Under the pieces are notes generated by a model that searched no databases, was not told the DNA's origin, and worked only from the letters and a program-made list of their open reading frames with translations. Made by a program: the position numbers and the translations under genes. A stretch of DNA of 64,000 bases. Source: Acidobacteriota bacterium. Its GTDB lineage: Bacteria; Acidobacteriota; UBA890. Shown piece after piece: positions 33,145-41,686 of the stretch (position 1 is its first letter; every line of letters begins with the position of its first letter). The stretch is taken from positions 105,258 to 169,257 of the forward strand of contig CBDCBL010000009.1 of NCBI GenBank assembly GCA_965214245.1, read 5' to 3'.

Positions 33145-34962
33145 ATGCCGGGGAAGACTGTGGTCGAGTCGAGTGACGCCGGGAAGCCGACTGTGGGTGA
33201 GATGTTGGCCTCTCTGAGCGACGAGCAACTGCTCGACGAAGAGACCCTCATGCAACTCATCGACCAGAGCCTTCAAGAGCTCGTTGAAGGCGAGGTCGTA
33301 AAGGGCCAAATCCTCGAAGTGGGAGAGGACGAGGTCATCGTAGATATCGGTTACAAGTCGGAAGGCATCGTCCGCAAGCTGGAGTTCCGCGACAACGAAG
33401 GCAACATCGCGGTCGCCGTGGGCGACGAAGTCGAGGTTTTGCTCGAGCGCTGCGAGGACAAGGAAGGCAACGTCGTCGTCTCGCGCGAAAAGGCCGAGAA
33501 GATGAAGGTCTGGGGCAAGATCGAAGATGCCTACCGCAGCGACGAGATCATCACCGGCGCGGTCGTCGATCGCGTCAAGGGCGGTCTGGCGGTCAACATC
33601 GGCGTCCGGGCGTTTCTCCCCGGTTCGCAGGTCGACATCCGCCCGGTCCGTAACCTCGAGTCGATGGTCGGCGAGGAGATCCGCGTCAAGGTCATCAAGC
33701 TCAACAAACGGCGCGCCAACGTGGTCGTGTCGCGCAAGGTCGTCCTCGAAGAAGAGCGGGCCGAAGAGAAGCAGGACACCCTGACGCGGCTGATCCCCGG
33801 CAACGCGCTCAAGGGCGTCGTCAAGAACATCACTGACTACGGAGCCTTCGTCGATCTGGGCGGCATCGATGGCCTGTTGCACATCACCGACATGTCGTGG
33901 GGCCGCATCTCGCACCCCACCGAGCTGCTCAACATCAGCGACGAGATCGACGTCGTTATTCTCAGCTTCGACCCGGAGCGCGAGCGCGTCTCGCTCGGCT
34001 ACAAGCAGCGCATGCCGGATCCGTGGGTCGGCGTGGCCGAGAAGTACCCTGCCGGATCCCGGATGCCGGGCAAGGTGGTCAGCCTCACCGACTACGGTTC
34101 CTTCGTCGAGCTGGAGGAGGGCGTCGAAGGGCTGGTGCACATTTCGGAGATGTCCTGGCGCAAGCGCATCAAGCATCCCTCGAAGCTTGTCGACGTCGGC
34201 GACGAGGTCGATGTGGCGGTGCTCGACGTCGACGAGGGAAACCGCCGCATCTCGCTCGGCATGAAACAGACCGAGCCCAATCCCTGGCGTTTGATCGCTG
34301 ACAAGTACGAAGAGGGCGACATCATCACGGGCCGGGTTCGTAATCTCACCGATTTCGGGGCCTTCGTGGAGATCGAAGAGGGAATCGACGGTCTCATCCA
34401 CATCTCGGACATGTCGTGGACGAAGCGCATCGAGCACCCCTCGGAAGTGCTCCAGAAAGGGCAGGAGATCCAGGTCGCGGTGCTCAGCGTCGAGGCCGAG
34501 CGGCAGCGACTCTCTCTCGGCCTCAAGCAGTTGAGTCCGAGCGTCTGGGACGCCTACGCCGATGATCACCACCCGGGCGAGCTCGTCGAGGGCAAGGTCA
34601 CCAAGCTGACAAACTTCGGGGCCTTCATCGAAATAGGCGAGGGCGTCGAGGGCTTGGTCCACGTTTCGGAAATCGCCGATCGGCACATCAAGGATCCGGC
34701 CGACGAGCTGGAGGTGGGCGCCACGGTCAAGGCGAAGATTCTCAAGATCGATCTCGACGGGCACAAGATCAGCCTGTCGCTGAAAGAAGGCGAGAGCCCG
34801 TCGCCGGCGGCAGCCGCGCCGGAGCCGCAGGAGCCGCAGGAGACGGAGGAGCGGCAGAGCCAGTACGAGCAAGACGGCAAGATCTCGCTGGGCGACGTGG
34901 TCGATCTTTCCGGCCTGGGCGCTGTAGGCCAGGCGGATACCGGGGACGAAGAAGAAGAGTAG
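33145..34962 (+). CDS. rpsA: 30S ribosomal protein S1
   Basis: Six S1 repeats are present (e.g. GxVKNITDYGAFVDLGGIDGLLHITDMSW, GKVVSLTDYGSFVELEEGVEGLVHISEMSW, GRVRNLTDFGAFVEIEEGIDGLIHISDMSW). Confidence 0.95.
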   Translation: MPGKTVVESSDAGKPTVGEMLASLSDEQLLDEETLMQLIDQSLQELVEGEVVKGQILEVGEDEVIVDIGYKSEGIVRKLEFRDNEGNIAVAVGDEVEVLLERCEDKEGNVVVSREKAEKMKVWGKIEDAYRSDEIITGAVVDRVKGGLAVNIGVRAFLPGSQVDIRPVRNLESMVGEEIRVKVIKLNKRRANVVVSRKVVLEEERAEEKQDTLTRLIPGNALKGVVKNITDYGAFVDLGGIDGLLHITDMSWGRISHPTELLNISDEIDVVILSFDPERERVSLGYKQRMPDPWVGVAEKYPAGSRMPGKVVSLTDYGSFVELEEGVEGLVHISEMSWRKRIKHPSKLVDVGDEVDVAVLDVDEGNRRISLGMKQTEPNPWRLIADKYEEGDIITGRVRNLTDFGAFVEIEEGIDGLIHISDMSWTKRIEHPSEVLQKGQEIQVAVLSVEAERQRLSLGLKQLSPSVWDAYADDHHPGELVEGKVTKLTNFGAFIEIGEGVEGLVHVSEIADRHIKDPADELEVGATVKAKILKIDLDGHKISLSLKEGESPSPAAAAPEPQEPQETEERQSQYEQDGKISLGDVVDLSGLGAVGQADTGDEEEE

Positions 34963-34968
34963 GGGACG

Positions 34969-35244
34969 ATGACCAAGGCCGATCTGATCGAGGAAGTCTC
35001 GGCCGTCTCGCGGCTGAGCAAGAAAAGCTCGGAATTGGTGGTCAATACATTCTTCGACAGCATCGTCGAGTCTCTCCGCCGCAGCGAGAAGATCGAACTG
35101 CGTGGCTTCGGATCGTTCAAGCTCCGCCAGCGTCGCGCCCGGGTCGGACGTAACCCCAAGACCGGAGAGCGCGTCGATGTTCCGGCCAAGGTGGTCCCGT
35201 ACTTCAGGCCGGGCAAGGATCTTCGCGAGCTCGTCAATCGCTGA
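34969..35244 (+). CDS. ihfB: Integration host factor beta-like (HU/IHF family)
   Basis: MTKADLIEEV...IELRGFGSFKLRQRRARVGRNPKTGERVDVPAKVVPYFRPGKDLRELVN. The cmk-rpsA-ihfB order matches the classical enterobacterial arrangement. Confidence 0.85.
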   Translation: MTKADLIEEVSAVSRLSKKSSELVVNTFFDSIVESLRRSEKIELRGFGSFKLRQRRARVGRNPKTGERVDVPAKVVPYFRPGKDLRELVNR

Positions 35245-35318
35245 ACCGGTTGGCCCGTGGGCTGAATCGGTTGGCCGCGGATGGCCGAGGCCAGAATCCG
35301 ATCGGGGCTCGAGGCAAA

Positions 35319-35816
35319 ATGGACCGTCTGTGGACACCGTGGAGGTATGAGTACGTGAGCGGCGCAACGCAAGTGCCCGAATGCTTGCTATGCGCTGCCG
35401 TAGAGGGCGGCCCGCCCGCGGACGAGGACCACCTGGTATTGCATCGCGGCACTTCAAACTTCGTGATCATCAATAAATATCCGTACAGTAGCGGACACCT
35501 GATGGTGGCCCCCTTAGCGCACGTAGCGGAGCTGACAGGCTCGAGCGACGAGCAGCTTGCCGAGATGATGACCCTGGCGCGCGCCTGTGAGAGCATCTTG
35601 GCTGCCGCCTACGAGCCCGACGGGTTCAACATCGGCATGAACCTCGGGAAGGCGGCCGGCGCCGGTGTCGTGGATCACCAACACCTCCATATCGTGCCGC
35701 GCTGGATCGGCGACGCGAGCTTCATGACGACGACGGCCGACACTCGTGTGGTACCCGAATCGCCGGCCGAGACGTTCGTCCGTTTGCGTTCGGCGTTCGA
35801 CGAGTTGAACACCTAG
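35319..35816 (+). CDS. HIT-family nucleotide hydrolase/transferase
   Basis: The start is at the ATG at 35319 (MDRLWTPWRYEYV...). It contains ...NKYPYSSGHLMVAP... and the histidine triad DHQHLHIVPRW. The track start at 35250 lies in a duplicated intergenic segment. Confidence 0.8.
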   Translation: MDRLWTPWRYEYVSGATQVPECLLCAAVEGGPPADEDHLVLHRGTSNFVIINKYPYSSGHLMVAPLAHVAELTGSSDEQLAEMMTLARACESILAAAYEPDGFNIGMNLGKAAGAGVVDHQHLHIVPRWIGDASFMTTTADTRVVPESPAETFVRLRSAFDELNT

Positions 35817-35841
35817 CAGCTAACCAACTGGAAGGCCTGCC

Positions 35842-37035
35842 GTGGATCCGAGACTCAACGAGCAGGAAGAACAACTACGGAGTAGGGCCGCTGCGGCCAC
35901 AAACGAGGCGCTAGCCGATGTAGCCGCGGCGATCGACCACAACGTAGCGGCTTCGCGCGAGGCACTGACGGCACTCGGAGGGGCCGGGTTACTCGGCGTC
36001 GCGGTCAGCGAAGAGTTCGGCGGCGGTGGCGCTGGCCCCACCGGGCTCGTGCTGTGCGTCGAGGAGATCGGCCGCATGAGCGCCAGCGTCGGGGCGGTCG
36101 CCGTCAACCACATGGCGGTCATGTCGATGATTGCCGCTGCCGGCACCGACGAGCAGAAGGCTGCGTGGCTGCCGCCCCTGGCGTCGGGGCAGCAGCTCGC
36201 CGCGTTCGGCGTCGACGAGGCGCGGTCGATCTTGAACGATCCGGCGGCGACGGCGACGTTGCACGCCGATGGTGAAGAAAGCGTCCTGGAAGGGACCGTG
36301 TCCGGTGTCTTCGGCGCAACGATCGCCGACGTGTTTCTAGTGGCCACGACCAGCGGTGGCGGGGACTCGGATGCCGCGGATTCTAGTGCCGCAAGCTCCC
36401 CTGCGGCGGACTCCCGTGCCGTGGACTCGGGTGCCGCTGACCCTGGCGTCGCGTTGTTCTTGGTGAACAGCGCCAGCGAAGGGGTCAGGATCGGCGTGGA
36501 GGAGGCCAAGCTCGGCCTCAACGGAAGCGGGGTCAGCGACCTCTCCCTCACAAAGGTTGGGGTTCAGCCGGGGCAGCGCATCGATGGCGGTGATGCCGTT
36601 CTTGCCGGCGGCTTGGACATGGCTCGGCTCGGCTTCGCGGCGCTGTGTGTCGGCATCGCCCAGGCGGCTCTGGATCTTTCGACGCGTCACATCACCGCGT
36701 CGAAAGATCTCGCTGACTCACAGTCGGTGCAATGGATGATTGCCGACAGCGCCACGGAGAGCGAAGCGGCCCGCCTGACGACGTGGTATGCCTCCACACG
36801 AAGCGGCGACGAGCTTACGGAGGCGGCGGCGATGGCGCGTTTGCTCGCCGCCGACGCCGCGGTCAAGGGCACCCGCCGCACCTTGCAGGTGTACGGCAGC
36901 GCTGGTAGTGCTCGCGCGGCCGGCGTCGAGCGCCTGTATCGCGATGCGAAGGCGATGGAGGTCCACCAAGGCTCCAGCGACGCGCAGCGCCTGGCGATCG
37001 CTCGCCAGCTGCTTCCCGACCTGGTGGACGGTTAG
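35842..37035 (+). CDS. Acyl-CoA dehydrogenase-fold protein lacking the canonical catalytic Glu, with a pentapeptide-repeat loop insertion
   Basis: The layout is ACAD (...GLLGVAVSEEFGGGG...; ...ERLYRDAKAMEVHQGSSDAQRLAIARQLL). The usual Y/I-E-G-T-x-E-I-Q motif reads H-Q-G-S-S-D-A-Q. Confidence 0.8.
   Translation: MDPRLNEQEEQLRSRAAAATNEALADVAAAIDHNVAASREALTALGGAGLLGVAVSEEFGGGGAGPTGLVLCVEEIGRMSASVGAVAVNHMAVMSMIAAAGTDEQKAAWLPPLASGQQLAAFGVDEARSILNDPAATATLHADGEESVLEGTVSGVFGATIADVFLVATTSGGGDSDAADSSAASSPAADSRAVDSGAADPGVALFLVNSASEGVRIGVEEAKLGLNGSGVSDLSLTKVGVQPGQRIDGGDAVLAGGLDMARLGFAALCVGIAQAALDLSTRHITASKDLADSQSVQWMIADSATESEAARLTTWYASTRSGDELTEAAAMARLLAADAAVKGTRRTLQVYGSAGSARAAGVERLYRDAKAMEVHQGSSDAQRLAIARQLLPDLVDG
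36364..36453 (+). repeat. Six in-frame 15-bp tandem repeats (DSDAA DSSAA SSPAA DSRAV DSGAA DPGVA)
   Basis: The units are GACTCGGATGCCGCG / GATTCTAGTGCCGCA / AGCTCCCCTGCGGCG / GACTCCCGTGCCGTG / GACTCGGGTGCCGCT / GACCCTGGCGTCGCG. They are in frame with the ACAD-like ORF (offset 522 nt from its start). Confidence 0.9.
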
Positions 37036-37091
37036 CAGGGCGTGGTCAACCAGACCCATCACACTTCCACCACGATCTGCTGGCCGGCCGA

Positions 37092-38231
37092 ATGAACTGG
37101 AACCTCAGCACCGATCAACGGATGGTGCGCGACATGGTGCGCGAATTCGTCGCCGCCGAGATCACGCCCCACGCCGCCGACTGGGATCGCGAAAAGAAGT
37201 TGCCCGGCGAGATGTTCGTCCAGCTCGGTGAGCTGGGACTGTTCGGCATGACGGTCGCGGAGGAAAACGGCGGTGCTGGCCTCGACCTGGCCACGTATTG
37301 CATCGCGCTCGAGGAGCTAGCGCGTGGCGACGCCTCGACCTGCGTGGCGATCAGTGTCACCAATTCCTTGTATTGCGCGCCGCTGCAAACCTATGGCAAC
37401 CCGCAGCAGAAAGAGCGCTGGTTGACGCCGAGCGCCGCGGGCCAGTGGCTGGGTGCGTTCTGCCTGTCGGAGCCGGATGTCGGCTCGGACGCCGCGGCTC
37501 TGGGCACACGGGCTGAGCACCATGGTGAGGAGTACGTCGTCAACGGCACGAAGGCCTGGGTAACGAACGGCGCTGTGTGCGGCGCGATGCTGGTATTCGC
37601 CGTCACCGACCCCGAGGCGCGCCGTAACCACATCAGTGCCTTCGTGATCCCGGCGGATCATCCGGGAGTGGCGATCGTCCACGAGGAGGAGAAGCTCGGC
37701 ATTCGCTCATCGCGCACCAATCAGGTCGCCTTCGAGGACTGCGTCGTGCCTGCCGGTTTCAGGCTGGGAGAAGAGGGCCAGGGACTCGAGATCGCGCTGC
37801 ACAGTCTCGATGGGGGGCGCGCCGGAATCGCCGCGCAGGCGGTCGGCATCGCCCAGGCGGCGTTGACGACGACGCTTGCCTACGTGCAGGAGCGCGAGGC
37901 CTTCGGCGGGCCGATCGGGCGCTTCGAGGGCCTCCAGGGGCAGCTTGCGCAGATGGCGGCAGAAGTTCGCGCTGCACGCCTGTTGTACCTACGCGCCGCG
38001 GCGCTGCGCGGCGCCGACGAGCCCGACACGATGGTGGCATCCCAGGCCAAGCTCTTCGCCTCCGAGATGGCGAACCGCATCACCTACCAGGCTGTGCAAA
38101 TGCACGGCGGCTACGGCTACGTCAGCGACTATCCGGTAGAACGGCTGTATCGGGATGCGCGCGTCACGACGATCTACGAGGGCACGTCGGAGATTCAGAG
38201 GATGGTCATCGCCCGCCAGCTCTTAACGTAG
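37092..38231 (+). CDS. Acyl-CoA dehydrogenase (short/branched-chain, butyryl-CoA dehydrogenase-like)
   Basis: ...GLFGMTVAEENGGAGLD...AFCLSEPDVGSDAAAL...EKLGIRSSRTNQVAFEDC...VQMHGGYGYVSDYPVERLYRDARVTTIYEGTSEIQRMVIARQLL. The catalytic Glu is present. Confidence 0.9.
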   Translation: MNWNLSTDQRMVRDMVREFVAAEITPHAADWDREKKLPGEMFVQLGELGLFGMTVAEENGGAGLDLATYCIALEELARGDASTCVAISVTNSLYCAPLQTYGNPQQKERWLTPSAAGQWLGAFCLSEPDVGSDAAALGTRAEHHGEEYVVNGTKAWVTNGAVCGAMLVFAVTDPEARRNHISAFVIPADHPGVAIVHEEEKLGIRSSRTNQVAFEDCVVPAGFRLGEEGQGLEIALHSLDGGRAGIAAQAVGIAQAALTTTLAYVQEREAFGGPIGRFEGLQGQLAQMAAEVRAARLLYLRAAALRGADEPDTMVASQAKLFASEMANRITYQAVQMHGGYGYVSDYPVERLYRDARVTTIYEGTSEIQRMVIARQLLT

Positions 38232-38354
38232 CTGAACGCCGTTCTGTGTGGGATAATTCTCGCGAATGCGCTTCCTGCGGTGGGACCGGGACGTAGTCTG
38301 TCGCAGCCTCTGCGCTTCTATTCTCGTGAATCAAAACCTTTCGGAGAAAGTTTG

Positions 38355-39983
38355 ATGGCGGACGATCCCGTCGTGGTCTCGCCGGCTGCCAGGGAGGGAC
38401 CGTTCATCACGGCGTCCAGTCGGCCGGTCGAAGCCTTGTACACGGGCGAGGATCTCGCTGACCGCGGCCTGTCCTATGACGCCGACATCGGCTATCCCGG
38501 AGAGTACCCGTACACCCGCGGCATCCATGCCACCGGCTATCGCACCAAGTTGTGGACGATGCGCCAGTTTGCCGGCTTCGGTATGGCGCAAGACTCCAAC
38601 GAGCGATTCCGCAAGCTGCTCGAGTCGGGCCAGACCGGCCTTTCCGTTGCGTTTCACCATCCGACGCTGGTGGGTCGGGATTCGGACGACGCGATCTCGC
38701 GAGGCGAGGTCGGCAAGCAGGGTGTGGCGATCGATTCGCTGGAGGACATGGAGGTGTTGTTCGACCAGATCCCGTTGGATCAGGTCACCACTTCGATGAC
38801 CATCAACCATCCGGCCTGCGTCTTGTTGGCGATGTACGTAGCCGCCGCTGAGAAGAAGGGGATCAATCGCAGCGTCCTGGCCGGCACGATCCAGAACGAC
38901 GTCCTGAAGGAGTTCATCGCCCAGAAGACGTTCGTTTTTCCGCCGCGCCCGACCATGCGGATCATGGGCGACGTGATCGAGTGGTGCACGGCCGAGCTGC
39001 CGCTCTGGAACTGGGTGAGCGTTTCCGGATACCACATCCGCGAAGCCGGCTCGACGGCGGCGCAGGAGCTCGCCTTCACGCTGCGCGACGGCATGGAGTA
39101 CATCGAGGTCGGCCTGGAACGTGGGCTCGATGTCGACACATTCGCGCCGCGCCTGTCGTTCTTTTTCAATGCGCACAACGATCTGTTCGAGGAAGTCGCG
39201 AAATATCGGGCTGCCCGCAAGCTGTGGGCGCGCTACATGCGGGAGCGGTACGGTGCCCAGTCGGAACGCTCGTGGTGGATGCGCTTCCATGCACAGACGG
39301 CTGGGTGCACGCTGCTCGAGCAGCAGCCGCGCAACAACGTGATGCGCGTCACGCTGCAGGCACTCGCCGCGGTGCTCGGCGGAACCCAATCGCTGCACAC
39401 CAACGCCCTCGATGAGACGATCGCGCTACCCACCGAGGAGAACGCGATCATCGCGTTGCGCACGCAGCAGGTCATTGCCCGGGAGAGCGGCGTGGCCAAC
39501 ACCGTCGATCCGCTCGGCGGCTCCTACTATGTGGAATCGCTGACCTCCGACATGGAGCAGGAGGCCGAGGAGATCTTCGCCAAGATTGACGAGCTCGGCG
39601 GCATGGTGGCGGCGATCGACAACGGCTACCCGCAGCGCGAGATCCAGGAAGCTGCATTTCAGTATCAAAAGGAGATCGAGGACGAGCGTCTGATCATCGT
39701 CGGCCAGAACCGCCATACCGAGGAAGTGGGCGACCCGATCGACTACTTGTACATCGACGATTCCGTTGAAGAGGAACAGGTCGCTCGACTGGAAACATTG
39801 CGGGAGCGGCGCGATGCAGGCGCCGTCGAAAGCGCCCTCGACAAGGTGCGCAGCGCTGCCTCCGATGACGACAATTTGATGCCCGTGATTCTCGAAGCCG
39901 TGCACGCGTACGCTACCGTCGGCGAAATTTGCGGCGCCCTGCGCGACGTCTTCGGCGAGTACCACGAGACCCCCATCTTCTAG
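38355..39983 (+). CDS. B12-dependent acyl-CoA mutase large (substrate-binding) subunit; isobutyryl-CoA-mutase-type signature (Phe/Gln)
   Basis: The start is at the ATG at 38355, with GGAGA 8 nt upstream. It contains ...[30 protein letters not shown]...[11 protein letters not shown]...[20 protein letters not shown].... 'RQF' and 'AQK' occupy the positions where methylmalonyl-CoA mutases have 'RQY' and '(V)RN'. Confidence 0.85.
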   Translation: MADDPVVVSPAAREGPFITASSRPVEALYTGEDLADRGLSYDADIGYPGEYPYTRGIHATGYRTKLWTMRQFAGFGMAQDSNERFRKLLESGQTGLSVAFHHPTLVGRDSDDAISRGEVGKQGVAIDSLEDMEVLFDQIPLDQVTTSMTINHPACVLLAMYVAAAEKKGINRSVLAGTIQNDVLKEFIAQKTFVFPPRPTMRIMGDVIEWCTAELPLWNWVSVSGYHIREAGSTAAQELAFTLRDGMEYIEVGLERGLDVDTFAPRLSFFFNAHNDLFEEVAKYRAARKLWARYMRERYGAQSERSWWMRFHAQTAGCTLLEQQPRNNVMRVTLQALAAVLGGTQSLHTNALDETIALPTEENAIIALRTQQVIARESGVANTVDPLGGSYYVESLTSDMEQEAEEIFAKIDELGGMVAAIDNGYPQREIQEAAFQYQKEIEDERLIIVGQNRHTEEVGDPIDYLYIDDSVEEEQVARLETLRERRDAGAVESALDKVRSAASDDDNLMPVILEAVHAYATVGEICGALRDVFGEYHETPIF

Positions 39984-40037
39984 CCGCGCCGAGTCGTAGA
40001 CGTCGACGGGCGAAACCTGTAGGGCGAAAAAAGCACA

Positions 40038-40445
40038 GTGTCTGACAAGCGCATCAGAGTATTGGTCGCCAAACCCGGGTTGGACGGGCACGACCGCGGC
40101 GCCAAAGTGGTGGCGCGCGCCCTTCGCGACGCCGGCATGGAAGTGATCTACACCGGGCTACGTCAGTCCCCGGAAATGGTGGTGCAGTCGGCGGTGCAAG
40201 AAGATGTTGACGTCATCGGCCTGTCGATTCATTCGGGGGCGCACAACTACATTCTCGGGCGGGTCGTCGAGCTATTGAAGGAACAAGATTCCGAAGACAT
40301 TCTGCTGGTCGTGGGCGGCATCATCCCGCAGCGCGATGTGGAGCGGCTGCAGGAGCTGGGAGTGGACGCTATCTTCCCTCCCGGCACGACCACGAGTGAG
40401 ATCATCGAATTCATCCGCGAGCGAGTCAGCAATCTCGCCGCCTGA
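40038..40445 (+). CDS. Acyl-CoA mutase small subunit (cobalamin-binding domain)
   Basis: [35 protein letters not shown] carries the DxHxxG B12-binding motif. It continues ...[11 protein letters not shown]...VVGGIIP. Confidence 0.85.
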   Translation: MSDKRIRVLVAKPGLDGHDRGAKVVARALRDAGMEVIYTGLRQSPEMVVQSAVQEDVDVIGLSIHSGAHNYILGRVVELLKEQDSEDILLVVGGIIPQRDVERLQELGVDAIFPPGTTTSEIIEFIRERVSNLAA

Positions 40446-40457
40446 GAGGAGAGAAAG

Positions 40458-40805
40458 TTGAACGAAGGTATCGTCGAGCTGACGACAGAAAATTTCGAGA
40501 CCGAGGTGATTCAGAGCGACCGTCCGGTGCTAGTCGACTTCTGGGCGGAGTGGTGCGCGCCTTGCCGCATGCTGGCGCCCACGATCGACGAAATCGCTCA
40601 GGATTATGCTGATCAGATCAAGGTCGGCAAGCTGAACGTTGATCACCACGGTGATATCGCAGCCCGCTTTGCCATTCGTGGCATCCCGACCATTCTCGTC
40701 TTCCAGAACGGCGAAGTTCACGACCAGATGGTCGGCGCCGGGTCCAAAGAGAACATTTTGAAGATGATCGAGAAGGTGGCGTCCGGGACCGGGGCGACCG
40801 CGTGA
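40458..40805 (+). CDS. trxA: Thioredoxin
   Basis: TTG start; ...VLVDFWAEWCAPCRMLAP (a WCAPC variant of WCGPC)...GIRGIPTILVFQNGE. Confidence 0.9.
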   Translation: MNEGIVELTTENFETEVIQSDRPVLVDFWAEWCAPCRMLAPTIDEIAQDYADQIKVGKLNVDHHGDIAARFAIRGIPTILVFQNGEVHDQMVGAGSKENILKMIEKVASGTGATA

Positions 40806-40838
40806 CGCGGTCGACCATCATCGGCTAATACAGAGAAC

Positions 40839-41375
40839 ATGGAGTCGTACGCCGTGCGGATTCCGATGGCCGACGTGCCCGAGGATGGCCTGGAACTGGC
40901 GGGCACGGCCACCGTGGAGTTGGAAGCCGGTGCCAGCGCCGACGACCTCTGCGTTTGCGGCCAGGTCGCGTACGAGCTGTCGGTTACCTTGGTGGGCGAG
41001 CGCCGGCGGGTCAGCGGCTCCCTTTCCACAGCTATCGAGGTATCCTGCAGCCGCTGCGCACAACGCTACGAGCACGACCTGGATCGAGATTTCGAGGTGC
41101 TGTATCAGCGGAGCAGCGCAGCGTCGGGGAGGCCGAGGCAGGAGCTTGACGAGGACGACATGTCTCTTGATTATTACGAAGACGACGCAATTGACGGACA
41201 GCGTTTCCTGGCCGAGCAGGTGCTGCTGGCGCTGCCGATGAAGCCGCTTTGCAACGGGGACTGCAAGGGGCTCTGTTCGCAGTGTGGAGCCAATCGCAAC
41301 GTTGACGAATGTGATTGCAAGGAAGACGTCGATCCGCGACTTTCACCCCTGGCGGCGATTCGCGATCAACTCTGA
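40839..41375 (+). CDS. yceD: YceD/DUF177 family protein (23S rRNA accumulation protein)
   Basis: The C-terminal motif is ...LLALPMKPLCNGDCKGLCSQCGANRNVDECDC...DPRLSPL. It occupies the conserved position upstream of rpmF-plsX. Confidence 0.85.
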   Translation: MESYAVRIPMADVPEDGLELAGTATVELEAGASADDLCVCGQVAYELSVTLVGERRRVSGSLSTAIEVSCSRCAQRYEHDLDRDFEVLYQRSSAASGRPRQELDEDDMSLDYYEDDAIDGQRFLAEQVLLALPMKPLCNGDCKGLCSQCGANRNVDECDCKEDVDPRLSPLAAIRDQL

Positions 41376-41434
41376 TGTCCGCAACATCCAAACCGGTGCG
41401 GCGCACTAGCGCCGTGCCCACGAGGTAACGAACC

Positions 41435-41617
41435 GTGGCACTTCCCAAGAAAAGACACTCCCGTGCGCGCAGCGCCAAGCGGCGCGCGAATGACGCTTTG
41501 CAGGCGCCGGCGCGCTCCGAGTGTCCGCAATGCCACCGGCCCAAGCAGCCGCACCGGGTTTGCCCGCACTGCGGCTACTACAAGGGCAGGTCGGTGATTT
41601 CCACAGACGAAGAATGA
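41435..41617 (+). CDS. rpmF: 50S ribosomal protein L32
   Basis: GTG start; ALPKKRHSRARSAKRRA...CPQCHRPKQPHRVCPHCGYYKGR. Confidence 0.95.
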   Translation: MALPKKRHSRARSAKRRANDALQAPARSECPQCHRPKQPHRVCPHCGYYKGRSVISTDEE

Positions 41618-41686
41618 GACGCCGTCGAACGTCAACACGTGCTCTGATTCTGGACGGTAAGTGGTGCAGACCCTTGGCTCGATGCG

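Noticed and set aside
32977-35457. A very long (826 aa) minus-strand ORF antisense to cmk-rpsA-ihfB-HIT.
   Set aside because: It is a shadow ORF typical of high-GC DNA. It lies opposite unmistakable plus-strand genes (the six S1 repeats). It is Asp/Leu/Ala/Arg/Val-rich with quasi-repeats that simply mirror the S1 repeats. It crosses four gene boundaries and has no recognisable motifs.
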